This document shows positions 50,141-64,000 of a stretch of DNA of 64,000 nt, in pieces. Every line of letters begins with the position of its first letter. The first letter of the stretch is position 1. Where the stretch lies: assembly GCF_006345805.1 (NCBI RefSeq), contig NC_043010.1, forward strand, positions 42,594,001 to 42,658,000, written 5' to 3'. Under the pieces are notes generated by a model. The model made no database searches. It was not told where the DNA came from and saw only the letters and a list, made by a program, of their open reading frames with translations. The DNA is from Octopus sinensis. Taxonomy: Eukaryota. The position numbers were made by a program, and so were the translations under genes.

Positions 50141-53100
50141 CTGGCAAAGCTAGAATGACAGCAAAATCCTAGGAAATTTTGTAGAAAGGGTTTGTAGTTT
50201 TATGATATTAAACAACAAAAATAAAATGGTCATTTTAATGCTGATAGATACAATGAAGTAGAAATCAATTGTTCATAAGTCATATCAATTGAACCATTTT
50301 ACTTTACAAATGCCAGTGGAAAAAGCATGAACCTCACCACTTTAAGTTTCTACACCTGAAACACTGAGAAACGTAAATTCATATTTGACCAGCTTTAAAA
50401 GTGTGTTTCACTGAAATTAGAGAAATTATTGTATTGGCAGCTGAAAAATTTTCATAATAAACTGAAAGATTTTTTAGACTATATTAATATTTGATAATTC
50501 CCTGAACAAGCAGGATATAATTGATAAAAAGACAAATAATTTCATAAATAGCTATTAAGTAATATGGGTAAATGGAAAGAAGTTTCACATAGAAATGATA
50601 CTACATAACACACTGCAAATCCTAAGAAACTTAGAAATAGGAAAAAGACTTGGCTGAGATCCCAAAAGAATGTATTAATAGAGAGAAAATTCATTCTGAT
50701 CAAGTCACTATAGTAAATGGATGAGTGGCGTGTGAACCAGTTATAATGATTAAAATCAAGTTTTAAATTGAAAGCTTTAAAAAAAAAACATACCTTCATG
50801 AAAATTTTTCACTTTAATGTAAAGCTGACAGCTACAAGAATTATGATTTATATTTCATTTTAAATTAGACTACTGCAGAATTTTACTTCTCTATTTTGAA
50901 ATTTATTATGTAATAACTGATGCTGATATGACTAGAAGAGTTTAGAAGCTAACACACAAAAATCTGGATAGCTTTAAAACACTAATTTGTATTTTAGATT
51001 ACATTTTCATAAGAATATTTTGTCTAGCTGATGATATAATGAATGAAGTTTAATTTATTGTAGACAAGATTTAAACTTCATTTGGTGTAAAGTTCTCAAA
51101 AATTGATCCAGTTTCTTATTGATATTGCCCTTAATATCATAATTCTAATGTTTATTGTTTTCATGTTACAGTAAGTTAGCTTCTATCACTTAATGTGTAT
51201 GTGTGAGTGTGTTTGTGTGCACCACTCTCCATGTTACAAGGACATTCATTACTTCAGCATATATCAGTCAGTGTTTTTAATGCCCAAACACTTTTTCCGA
51301 TAGCATTAAACTTCTAATAGATACTACTTAGCTTTTTCCCCTCTAAATGAACAGATTCTCTGCCCTTGGTTTGCTACTATACAGCATCATAGATCTTACA
51401 ATTTACAGAGTCAAACTGTTATGTTGTTATACCAGGATAAAAACACAAATACACACTTCCAAAAGAGTGTATCACTGTTTATGTTTACATGAGATAAAAG
51501 AAGACTTCTTTATGTGGTATCCTTTTTTTTTGTCTCATAACTTAGTAGAAAAACAAAGAAAGATTGATAAAATAAGTACTAGTGTCAATATGAGCGAGAC
51601 TGGTGCATGACCACAGTCCAATGACAAAATCAATAAAAGAATAAAAAATGAAATAGTTCACAAAATGTTTCAATATGTTGAACAAAATTAATTTGATACT
51701 ACTTTTAAAAACATTTTTAGTTTCATCAACCATAGGAGAAGTATGTATTTGTAGCAATATATTACAATGTACTATCATGCTTAGTTTAAACTAGGTAAAC
51801 ATATCCTGTCTACTCAAAAAGTGTACACCAAGCTAGTGTCTATTTCTCCCAAACTCTTCAGCATTACTCTTTCTGTGAAGATCATCTTATGTGAACACAT
51901 GATAATCTTTCCCATCCAACAAAAGGGTGATATTACCAATCCTCATGTTTACCCTTTCTCTTCTCAGTAATGAACAATATGGTATTTGTAATGTTAGATC
52001 AACCAGAAATCCCATCTACATCACACAAGAGTAGTGTCTAAGTAATTTATTGCAGGACATACCCTTAGCTAAATTCCTTCTACTTTAGGCACAAGTCCAG
52101 CAGTTTTATGGGAGGGGTTAGTTACTTACATGAACTCCAGTACTTGACTGGTACTTTATTTTATCAACCCCAAAAGGATAAAAGGTAAAATTGACCTTAA
52201 TGGGATTTGAACTCTTAATATTTAAAGAGCCAGAAGAAATGCTGCAATGCATTTTCCAATCATAACTAAATTGCCCAGATATGATCACCAGGAGTCTTGA
52301 AGCAGAAGTTTTCTGCACAAACAGCTTCATCTGAGGGTGTGTCAACAAAATTCTTTTTAACCCATGTTCAACAATACTAGTGTGCCTCAAAATTTGATTG
52401 TCACACTCACTCATTTTTATGTACATTAATGGCCTTCTTGTTTCTTATAATATGGGGTTTCTTTTCTTAATCTTCTATGACTTTCAAATTTCTTTAGACA
52501 CCTAATATCACACACTGTTTCCTTAAAAACAGTCAAATCTTCTCATTAAGATATGACAAGCAAGCCTTTTTCTACTGTATAAAGACAGTCACTATATATA
52601 TATATATATCAAGGAAATAAGCTTGTGACTAGTTAAAAGTGCCAAAGTCTCTTCAAATGCTAAGCCTTGTGATCTTTCAAGGTGACTATATGTCTGTGAC
52701 ATGGTAAAGAAAGAAAAAACCCGGCATCCAAAATATCAGGTTGCCTCTTCAGAGTTAAAAAATACTTCAACTTTAACCTATTACTGGTATAAATTAGGAT
52801 TCAGACATATCTCCCATATGAGGGGTTTATTCACATATCAAGGATGATACTTCTGCTGCAAAATTCTAAGTCACATCCAAAGAGGAATGGTTCAGCTAAT
52901 TGGTGAAGATTACCTCACTAACACTGTTTCTTCTTTTTTATTTACTATAGCGGCTTTTGTCCATCTGAACTCTAAAGGTGTGCACACCCTCAGCACAAGC
53001 CCATCTAATGAACACATCTTTACTCCACTCTTCAACTCTATATCTTGTTGGCCTTTCTTACTTTTTCTTGCCCAGAACTGCAACTCTGTAAAACTCTCAA

Positions 53101-54504
53101 CCTACCCAACATTTACCCAACATTATTTCAAGTTAAACTCTGTCTACATTAACCTTACAAATCATTTTAGCATCTAAAATTCTTAGCTACTAGTATTACC
53201 TAAATAGAACCAGATGGATCATGTATGGCACTGAGAATAAAATAAGACCGTAGTACAATACAACTAGCCTGAGTGAAATGACTTTAAATATTAATAAAAC
53301 TGATACATCTCATTAATATTTTGAAGAAAGAATGAGTCATACAATCTCATTCATAAGTTTCATTTTTGATTTGGTTTCTATAACTGGATGCCCTTCCCAA
53401 CACCAACCACTTCATAGAGTGTATTGGGTAAAGTTTTTCATGGTGCCACTATGAAGGAGATTGTTACTTCTCTGGAAAGACAAAGAGATTTTTGAACTGT
53501 ACACTTAACAGAATGCCCAGGATGCATTTTATCATGGCACCAACACTAGAGAGGATAAGAGTGAGAGAATGATGGATAGCAGGATGTGAATAAATGGTTT
53601 GAGTGAATGATGGTTGTCACTATGAGATGGCTAGTATATGCCACAAGATATTGAGCAAGCTAGGGTGGTAAGGATGAGAGAGTGTGGTGGTGGCATATTG
53701 GTTTTAAAGGTCCATTGATATTCGTGGTTACATTGAAAGCAATGTACAGTGGACAAAAGAGATCCACAGCTAACCTTAGTCACACCAATAGTATGGTAGA
53801 GAGATTCAAAGATGAGCAAGAGAGATATGAGCATTGGACGAATATGAAGATATTACATAAATATTATATACGCCAGTCATATAGATGTAAATATTCTGTA
53901 TGCCAATAATATATATGTTCAGACTTTCTATTTAAAGATGAGTAAAGTTTAAATATATTTTAATCAAATTCACTTCTAACACTGTACATATTAATTTTTA
54001 ACAAAACAGGTATTGATTTGTATTAGCACATCCACCCACAGTCTATGAAAGTCATAGGTGTATTAAAGAAATGCAACCACTTCTCTCTATTTCTCCCTGA
54101 TGTTGCACAACCACTCCCTTAGTGGCCCTACTATACCTCTTTTACAAAGGATTTGTCCATTCACAACGATGCCTGACAGAGGCAAGCTATTACAAGGTTT
54201 CATGCCGGAACCAGTTTATTTTCTGCTTCCTGGCAGTTGATAGAAGACTTTTCTGACTTGCAAAAATTTATCCCCCGACTTGCTCATTAGCTTGATGTTA
54301 TGCAAATGAAATACAATGCATCTTTCTATATTCCATTTCAAATGCCATTCTTGTATAGTAATGAAAGAAAGCAACAAAAATGATTTCACAATTTTAACAT
54401 ATTGCAAGCTCCTATATTATAATTTTAAAATTTTGATCCAAATTTTACCATAAAGTATAAATATGTAGTAAACTTTGTAAAGAGCTTAGCACTCAAAAGG
54501 CTTC

Positions 54505-54505
<1 letters not shown>

Positions 54506-54535
<30 letters not shown>

Positions 54536-54633
54536 TGTATGTATGTATGTATGTATGTATGTATGTATGTATGTATGTATGTATGTATGTATGTATGTAT
54601 GTATATGTTTGTGTGTGTATGTATGTATGTATG

Positions 54634-54664
<31 letters not shown>

Positions 54665-54734
54665 GTATGTATGTATGTATGCATGTATGTATGTATATGT
54701 GTGTGTGTATGTATGTATTATGTATGTATGTATA

Positions 54735-54765
<31 letters not shown>

Positions 54766-54775
54766 ATATGTATCA
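54506..54775. repeat. (TATG)n microsatellite
   Basis: Direct sequence. Confidence 0.95.
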
Positions 54776-55189
54776 TAAATGTTCCCATTATATAATATAT
54801 GTAGATATGTTTGTGCATGTGTGTGTGTTTGCCTACGACGTGTGGTCAGAATCTTTTTGATGCATATTTCCATGTTTCTACATAAGCACTGTTATTTAGA
54901 TAGAGACAAAATAGCCAAGAAGATAAGCTATTAGTCATTATGGTGTCTCTGAACAATACACTTAATTCTACTTGTTTCTACAAGGAGAAGACATGTCTCT
55001 CTTCTGCTTAATGCTTCAGAAACTAAGTTAAGAATCAAGACTGTTGAACTTTGTGAAATGATTAACTCTTATTATCTTAGAGATTTCGTCAATATACTGT
55101 CTAGTATAAAATAAGCATGAAATCAGGAGCAGGTTTTTGGATGCAAACAAAAGCTTTTGCTAACTTTGGGGATTAAGCAAAAAGTCTTT

Positions 55190-55432
55190 CAACCTTATTC
55201 TTACTCAGGTCAGATAGAACACATACTTCCATTGCTAATCACATCACCTAGGTAACAGAAGCTATGAAACACTTCTAGAGGGCCTTCTGAGCATTTGAAG
55301 GAATTTATTTCATAGGTGCTCTGACTGCAAACTGCTCCTGAATATCCACCACAGTCCTTCTCTATCAGCCTCTCCTGTGATCCTACTGCACCTCTTGTGT
55401 ACCCATCGTTTACATTACATGCACTGTACAGA
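55190..55432 (-). mobile_element. Internal LINE fragment (post-RT Cys-rich region, FCYLGD), near-identical to about 60630-60875
   Basis: ORF 55210-55452 reads ...FKCSEGPLEVFHSFCYLGDVISNG. Confidence 0.8.
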
Positions 55433-56115
55433 GTGCACATAATTCTGTGCATAAATTTTGCTTATACACAAAATATATGCCATGGGTGTGGTATAGAGTA
55501 TATTGAAAAATAGAGATTTGGCTATAAAATGACTGAATGTGTAAGATGATGACTAGTTAGTGAGGATTATATAGAATGATAACTGGAGGCAAAAAGTGTT
55601 CAATGGTATCTCAATGAAGAGAAGAAAAATAGAGAGAATTAAGTTTTTTTTTTATTATCCTGCCAGAAAATACATTCCAAGCAACACTCCTATTTCTCAG
55701 CCTACTGAATTCATATTGCTTTCACTGTTCTAAGCCTCCAGTTCACAATTTACACTACTTGCACTTCCAACTTTACATTACATACAATATACAGATCTTA
55801 CAGTTCATAGGAATTATAATAAGTTAAATATTTCTTTTCTTTCTATACACAGTGATCAGATCATATTGCACATATGATATCATAATGTTTGAAATCATAA
55901 AACTAATAAAACTTAAGACTAATAATATATCGTCTGTAATATACATGACTTAATATTACACTCAATATTGTAATAATAATATTCAATATCATATAATCTG
56001 TACAACAAAGCCAACTGTATTACTTATGTTGATTAATGACTTTAGTACATAGTAAGAACTAGTTGAGATGAGACTATGTGATGTTCATGCTATTGTTAAC
56101 AGTATTAATATGTAA

Positions 56116-56337
56116 GGCGGTGAGCTGGCAAAATCGTTAGCATGCCAGATGAAATGCTTAGCGGTATTTCGTCAGCTGCTACATTCTGAGTTCAAATTCA
56201 ACTTTGCCTTTCATCCTTTCGGGGTCGATTAAATAAGTACCAGTTACACACTGGGGTCAATATAATCGACTTAATCCATTTGTCTCTCCTTGTTCGTCCC
56301 CTCTGTGTTTAGCCCCTTGTGGGTAGTAAAGAAATAG
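56116..56337 (+). mobile_element. SINE family C, full length
   Basis: ggcggtgagctggcaaaatcgttagc...tttagccccttgtgggtagtaaagaaatagg. Confidence 0.88.
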
Positions 56338-57519
56338 GTATTAATAATATGATGCAACATGAGTGAATCATTAAGTTCACTTTGTAATCACAAGGTTCTG
56401 AGTTCAGTCCCACAGAATATTTTTGGTATGTCTCCTGTGCTGTTGTCACCTTGAGTCGACCCAAGCTTTATGAGTAAAACTGAGTATTTGGAAACTGCGT
56501 GAGATCTTGTCAGATGGATTGTACCTGTTATTCAAAGGGGTCAGCCTTGTCACATATTATATCATGCTGATGCTACTAGAGGAGCAGGTCATGGGTAAAT
56601 ATATTTGAGGAATACTCAGCCACTTACATGCTAATTCAAAAGTGGATGGATATCCATTTTAGATCTAAGATGAATAAAAATGATTTCAACCAAAAATTGA
56701 AACCAGCTTGCCATTGCTGCCAAGTATAAACATATTGAATATCATCAGTTCTATGAAATATGCTTGTTTCAGAGAATTGTATATCTTTCTGCTCAGTGGT
56801 TCATATAATAATACTTTGTAGCACAATACTCTTTCCAGTTGAACATTATAATCAAGGTAAAATAAAACAATATAGAAGAAGCTTCCAATATATAAACAGT
56901 CTTATTTTTAATGGTTGCATTCCTTTAAGTGCAATAAGTAGATAACAAGTGATGAGAAATATTCATTAGTTATCGGTCCTAATGGATTTAGTGCAAGAGA
57001 AAATTGGACATTTCATCGTTCACATGCCTTCCCTCATGGACAACATACATGAAGGCACAACAAATCACTAACTTTCTAGAAAAGCTTATCTCTTGATGTA
57101 CCACAAAGAAAGTGTAGAATGGTATTTATAGCATGGTCTCAATGTGCAAGCCTGTCTACAAACATCACAAATTAAAAACCACATTTACAATGATGAGAGG
57201 GTGATAATTGAAATATTTGTGATTATTATTTCTATATATAAACAGTGAAATTTGTATTCCTGTTTTGGAACCAAATATTTGAACTTTAAGAATATCAAGT
57301 CTTTCATTTTTTTTTTTTTTATTATTTGTAGATGGTAAAACGAAAATATATCAAATTTAAAGAGAAACGGAAAAAAAGAGCATAAACAAGGTTGTGCCAT
57401 AGCATTTACTTTAAAATGGATGTGTATCACATATGTGTGTGTGTATGTGTGCATGTGTGTGTAGTGTGTATGTATGTACACACACACACACACACACACA
57501 AGCAATACTAAGTTTTCTT

Positions 57520-57593
57520 TTGCTTAATTTTCTATTATTATCATTATTATTATTATCATTATCATCATCATCATCATAACCATTATCATCATG

Positions 57594-57672
<79 letters not shown>
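57520..57672. repeat. (ATT)n/(ATC)n microsatellite
   Basis: Direct sequence. Confidence 0.9.
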
Positions 57673-57675
<3 letters not shown>

Positions 57676-58791
57676 CACACAGTAAGTTTATACCAAGTCC
57701 ATAATTCATGTAGACATATGTATATTATATATATGTGTGTATGTGTGTGTGTTAATGTTCGGCAAAAATGTAAATGGGTATGCATATATATATGTTTGTG
57801 TCTGTGTTTTACAAATATGTGTATATCTGTCTATCTATATATCTGTAGATATGTGTGTGTATACATGTGTGTGTATGTATGTATATAAACGCACACATGT
57901 GTATATATATAAAGATAGATAGATAAAGAGAAAGAAATTTGTTTGTGTGTACGTATATATATATATGTGTGTGTGATGTATGTGTATGTGTGTGTATTTA
58001 TATATATGTATAAATATTTGTGTGTTTATTCATTTATACACACACACACACAAAGACATATTTATATGTGGATGCGTTTATAAATATATGTACGTTTATT
58101 TGCATATGTGAAGAGAGAAAGAGAGACTATAGAGGTAGTATGTGTGGAAGGGTATTGAAATATATGTTCTTATAGATATGTATTGACACACAAGCATTTC
58201 TTTTAAATATTGCATCCACCACATAACAAAAAAAAATCTACAATATGCACAATTTTTTAATTAAGAAACTCTTCTATTTTTCTTCTATGCAAAACAGTTT
58301 TGGAAAATAAATATATATATATTTAAGGTTGTTTCAGATATTTTTTTCCCCATGGTTGCCATTTGTATCAAAACTCTGATGTCTTAAGAAATAATTAAGT
58401 GGCAGTGTATATAAGAAAGTAAGGTAACGCAGTCAATGTGTATATACCCATGTATGTGATTATGTGTGACATTTGACTATATATTTAATGTCTGTGTACA
58501 TGTATGTGCCTGCATATGCACTTTATCTGTCTTTTTATAAGCAAACTCTACAACACACAAACACACACACATATACCTACCTAAAGTGAAATTCATGTTA
58601 CTCCAGTATGGACTCTATTGGTACTCTGTAATGTTATAGACTTGGTATTAAAGAATTTAAGGGAACGAAGCTATATGTTGCGTAGTTTTCCTTGATATAT
58701 CTTCAAATTGTCTACCATTTCCGATTCTGAAATTGGTCAACAATCAACAAATATGTTCATACTCTTACAGTCTGCATGACTAGAGACATGT

Positions 58792-58833
<42 letters not shown>

Positions 58834-59859
58834 TAACAATACACACATATATAAAGTATATGCTATTTATCCATGGTATACAGACTACTTTTTAACTATG
58901 TATGAGCATTTATAAATGTATGCATGTATGGGTGAATGTATAAAAATATAATCATATATTTATTCATGTAAGAGAGGGTACACAAAACTTTTTTATGAAT
59001 GATATCAAAACTTATGTACATCATATTTGTTTTTATATATTTTCTTTTATTTCATTATCTATGTTGAAAGTAAAGCTAACCTTTAAAAAAAAAGTCTTCT
59101 AAAAAGCCATTGAATATTGCTTCAATTTTTTTATTCCCAGAAGCATATGTAATATCAAAAGGTTTTATTGATAAATGTACATTTTTTTTTTCCTTTGACT
59201 AACATTGTTTTTTTTTTTTCTTTTTGCAAAACTGTGCTTAAACTGATTCTTTCTCTCAACTGTAGCAATTGAGGAAAGTTTTTTTCTACTTTTAAGTATT
59301 TTAAAAATCATTAATCTCCGGATATCTTATATTGGAATGCAAAATACACTGCACAAATGCACAAAGTTAAGCAGTAGCACACCTCTATACACAAATGATT
59401 TAAATGTGTATGTGTGAATGTATATTTATAAAAAATACATAGTGACATTAACAAATAGACACAAACACACACAAACACACATACACACATGCATTGGCAG
59501 AGCGTCAAAGTACCTTGCAGTATTTAGTTTGTGTCTGTAGATTATTGTAGATTCAAATTCTGCTCAGGCTAACTTCACATTCCATCCTTCGGAGGTTAAT
59601 AAAATAAGTAGCAGTCTAATACTGAACTGATATAAATGATACCCCAGCATGGCCATGGAAGAAAAAAATTAAGAAATATGTATATTCATATGTATGTATA
59701 TGTGTATATATGTATATGTATATGCACATATGCACACACATGCAAATAAGACACATATGTGTACGAGTATGTGTTGTGTATGTACATGTGTGTATATGTA
59801 TAACTGCATATATATATGTATAAACATATATGTAAATATGTATGTGTGGATGTGTGTAA

Positions 59860-59890
<31 letters not shown>

Positions 59891-60046
59891 GAGTATATGT
59901 ATATATTTATATATGCAAAATCATTTATAAGTGTGTAAATATATATATATATATATATATATAGATAGATATATATATAGATATATATATATATATAATT
60001 AGATAGATATATATATAGATAGATAGATATATATATAGATAGATAG

Positions 60047-60108
<62 letters not shown>

Positions 60109-60159
60109 CATGCTTATTTATACATACATATATACATACAGAGACAAGCAGACATACAC

Positions 60160-62340
60160 ATTCTTCATCCTTGTCATCATTTAATTCATTTAATGTCCAT
60201 TTTTGTAAAGTCAATGGCTTAGATGGGTCTCCTCATGCACAGTGTCTTGCCATTTTTTTTTTTGTGATCCATTGTCACCTCCTTTGTGTCTCTTTTGTGA
60301 AGCTCAGCCTCTTGAGAACAGCTCTCTCCATTTCTTTCTGCAGCTTCCATACCAGCACAGTCTTCTCTCTAGCATGCTACATCTGATTCCTCTTATAACT
60401 AGTTCTTTCTTCTTTTTTTTTTCTCAGCTCATTTGTGTTCTTTCATTGAGGCACACTGTCATTACAACATTCCCACTTCATTTTATTCCAGTCCTTATAC
60501 TGCCTCCAGGATTCATTAACATATTTCATTAACATACAGCATCATACTTCCTACATCAACATCTTATAATCTACCCTTCACTCAGAGAATCCCTTTATTG
60601 CCAGCAAAGGTAAAAGCTTCCTGAATACTTTCAACCTTATTCTTACTCAGGTCATATAGAACACATACTCCCATTGCTAATCAGATTACCTAGGCAACAG
60701 AAGCTATGAAACACTTCTAGAGGGCCTTCTGAGCATTTGAAGGAATTTATTTCATAGGTGCTCTGACTGCAAACTGCTCCTGAATATCCACTACAGTCCT
60801 TCTCTATCAGCCTCTCCTGTGATCCTACTGCACCTCTTGTGTACCCATCGTTTACATTACCGGCACTGTACAGAGTTCCTACTTATATCTTTCTGCATAC
60901 TGAGATGACAACTTCCCTGATGGCAGTAGAGCTTTTAGTTTCTTTTTTTGCTGATTAAAACTTTTGTCTTTATATTGAGATTTTCTTATTCTAAATTTTT
61001 CTTATACATTTGGAACTTCTTCATTAATTCTTTAGCAAATTCAGCTCTGTGAACTTGGTCAATGGAATACAGGAGTTCCCTCAGACAGCCAGTCTTAAAC
61101 TCTCCTGTTATGGTCAGAGGACTGATTCATGATAGAGGCCTTCCTGCAAGCTAAATTCCTTACTGAACACATGGCTAATTCTCACCTTATTGGAAGTGCC
61201 ATAGTACAAGGTCTGAACAGCTCCCACAAGCCATTCACATACACTCAGTTTTCTTCACCACCAGAGTATAGTGTGGAACCTTTTGAAAAACCTCTCCAGA
61301 TCAACAAATTCTAGCATTGAGAATTAATCTCAATTAAGAATTTCTGTAGTTATCTCACTCGGATGAAGGTATCAGTGGTACTTTGAAAACAAACCCAAAT
61401 TGAATGTCATCTAAGCTCATTCTCTTCCAAATCAGTTGTGCTGTAACTCTTTCTCTTATTTTCAAAACTTGGTCTAACAATTTGATGCCTCTGTTGCTGG
61501 GTGCTCTTCTAACAATTGATGATAACTGCTACTCCATTTATTGGATAACACACTTTACACCACTTGACTGACAGTGCTAGTGACAAGTGTATGCTCTACT
61601 TTACTGGATGGGTTCAGTTTCTCAATGACCACCTGCTCTTTCTGCCTTCCATATTCCTAATTACACCCAAACTTTCTTTTTCCCATGCATTCACCTCATT
61701 CAATAACTCTTTCTTCTCGGCACTAGAGAGAGTAAGTGTGCTGCAATTATTCCATACACTCTTTCTCCCAGTTTTGATTCACACTGACACATTACTTTGC
61801 ATTCTTAGACATTGCATACTCTTCTAATCTCCTCATCACAAAACGATTAGCTTTTATAGTTCTATTTACTGTCCCATTTCACCTTCTATCTGGTTGGACC
61901 TTTGACCCATCCACAGATATGGCTTATTGCAAGTTGTATCCCAATTGTCCACTTTATTATAAATCTTTCTCTACCCCACCTTGTCATATTTTATTAAACC
62001 AGTATTTCTTTGAACCTACGTCTTGACCAGGGAATCTTTCAACTTGCATACTTCCAGACTTGTGTCTGGAAACATTTTTGTGTCTCTGAAACATTCTTTG
62101 TCATCACAACCATCTGACTCACTCTCCCATTTTTTGATGAATGTGAAGTCTATCTTGGTTGCATAGTCCCCTAATAGGTGACTGGTATCATGTGGCTGGC
62201 TGGTTTCCTGAAGTTAGTGTTGCAAATTGTGAAGTCATTTGCATTTCAGACTCCAAGAGTCTTGATCCCTTGTCATTGTTTGTGTTTTCACTCATATTTG
62301 TGTATACCAGGTTAGCCATATGGTGTTACCCAACATTCCA
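60160..62340 (-). mobile_element. Decayed LINE (RTE-like) covering the RT domain to the 3' end
   Basis: Minus-strand remnants RGIKLLDQV, IQFGF, KVPH, WLVGAVQTLY, KVRI...FSLQEGLYHESVL and FCCLGN; many stops and frameshifts; boundaries approximate. Confidence 0.72.
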
Positions 62341-62973
62341 TCAAAGAAACCATTTGTGATAGCAAGGTCACTGTCATTCACTATTGGGCCATCTAAGTAC
62401 TTACTACATGTGCACTCACACATGTACATGCACATTATATATATATTTATTTATATATATGCCCATAATTTCCAAACCTTTTTTTTTTTTTTTTTTTCAT
62501 ATTTAAAAATTATAGTTGATATACAGGTTAGGCATTTTTAATGAAACATTTCTCTGAGAAATTATATCTGTAGTTGACTCACAGATACATATACAGATAC
62601 AGGTGAAGGTGCATGTGTGTGTGTGTGTGCATGCGTGTGTATGTATGTGTGTGTGTGCGCGCGCTCACGTGCGCGTATGTATGTGTGTGTGTGTGTTTGT
62701 GTGCGTGAAGATTTATGAACATCCAGAAGTCAAAAACAGTTATAATTTGACTGAGGCAAGCTGGCAAAATTGTTAGCATGTTAGAAGGCTTTTTAGATGT
62801 TGAGTTCAAATACCACCAAGGTCACCTCTGCCTTTTGTATTTTTTGGACATCAATAAAATATAAACAATTCAAGTACTGGGAGGGGGTCAATATAATCAA
62901 TTACTTTCTTTCCTAAGATAGTTGGCCTTGTGTCAAAATTTGACATAATTATCCTCATCACTATCATTATTAT

Positions 62974-63001
<28 letters not shown>

Positions 63002-63004
<3 letters not shown>

Positions 63005-64000
63005 GGTTGTCAAGAAAGTTCTTGCGGTTTTTGACCTTTAAATTCAGATGCACATATCTCAGCTCACACAAAACTTTATTAATCAAAATAAACACCATCA
63101 GAATCAACACACTTTTGCCAACACAAAACAAGTTTATTTATACCAGTAGCATAAAAATCCTGCGTTCTAGTGGCAATGAAGTCATTGAAGGTGTGTTTGG
63201 CATTGTCTTGGTTTTTGAAGCATTTTCATGCAGGAAGTTGTCAAGATGCTTGAAAAAGTGATAGTCGGTAGGCGAGAGGTTTGGTGAGTACAGAGGATAA
63301 GGCAGAGTTTTGTGACCCAAACCGTTCAACTTCTGCAGGGTCAGTTGTGCGACGTGTGGCTGAGTGTTGTTATGGAGAAGAATTGGTCCTTTTCTATTGA
63401 CCAATGCTGGCTGTTGTTGTCGGAGTTTCTTATGCACTTCATCTATTTGCTGACAGTACTTCTCCGCCATAATGGTTTCGCTTGGATCCAAAAAGCTGTG
63501 ATGGATGAGACCGGCCACAGACCACCAAACAGTCACCATGACCTTCTTTTGGTGCAACTTTGGCTTCGGTAAGTGCCATGGAGCTTTGTCAGTGTCCGTC
63601 CACTGAGCTGAGCATCACCGGTTGTTTTAAAGAATCCACTTTTCATTGCAAGTCACAATTCGGTTGAGAAACGAGTCATTCTTGTTGCATAAAAGAAGGG
63701 AAAACGACACTTCAAAACAGCGGTTTTTTTTTATCATTCAATTAGTGGCGGCATCCATTTCTCAAGTATTTTTGTTTTCCCAATCTCTTTCAAGTGGTTG
63801 GAAATTGTCGTGTACGTTACGTCTAATTCAGAAGCAAGCTCTAGAACAGTTGTGAGTGGATTAGCTTCCACTAAGGCTCTTAGTTGATCATTGACCAACC
63901 ACTATGCTTATCATCTTCAAGACTCTCGTCACCACTACAAAATTTCTTGAACCACCATTGTGCTGTACGTTCATTAGTGGTTCCTGGGTCAAACACATCG
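63002..64000 (-). mobile_element. Mariner (Hsmar1/cecropia-like) transposase relic, runs off the window end
   Basis: ORF 63138-63557 reads LHQKKVMVTVWWS..G.IH...PILLHNNTQPH...YSPNLSPTDYHFF; TIR tttggttgtcaagaaagttcttgcggtttt adjacent to a (TA)n tract. Confidence 0.92.

Noticed and set aside
52887-53177. 96-aa non-repetitive ORF on the + strand
   Set aside because: No recognisable motif or splice context; the opposite strand resembles a decayed LINE segment.
54090-54390. Protein-looking frame (WPYYTSF...LIEDFSDLQKFIPRLAH...)
   Set aside because: Contains several in-frame stops and matches no family I recognise; only BLASTX could rescue it.
56773-56856. Possible exon or 18-nt microexon (56839-56856) with AG/GT ends; C-x2-C-x3-C-x4-C-Y-K-Y-H on the minus strand near 57120-57175
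   Set aside because: No neighbouring exons chain with it. The Cys pattern only loosely resembles the piggyBac C-terminal domain and has no supporting transposase sequence.

Overview
AT-rich, microsatellite-dense eukaryotic DNA. The SINE families, (TA)n/(CA)n/(TATG)n density and RTE-type tails suggest an octopod cephalopod genome (inference). Bases 698-35327 on the + strand carry the 3' 17 exons (1626 nt, 541 aa plus stop) of an M13 zinc metallopeptidase (neprilysin/ECE family). I assembled these by hand from GT-AG exons with consistent phases; the 5' end lies upstream of the window. The zinc ligands (HEITH, ENIAD), the structural cysteines and the C-terminal CEVW are intact. However, several near-invariant second-shell and substrate-binding residues are replaced (NAF to SPF, FDDxG to FGIRG, DxHxP to DHFAP), suggesting an atypical or weakly active enzyme. 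The introns and the downstream 29 kb hold several SINE families, two mariner relics, piggyBac-type MITEs, Penelope-like remnants, RTE LINE fragments (one with a TSD and a twin-priming-type 5' inversion), several foldback hairpins and a near-perfect 597-bp tandem duplication. I could not support any second host gene in 35.4-64 kb. Most long ORFs in the supplied track are microsatellite translations.
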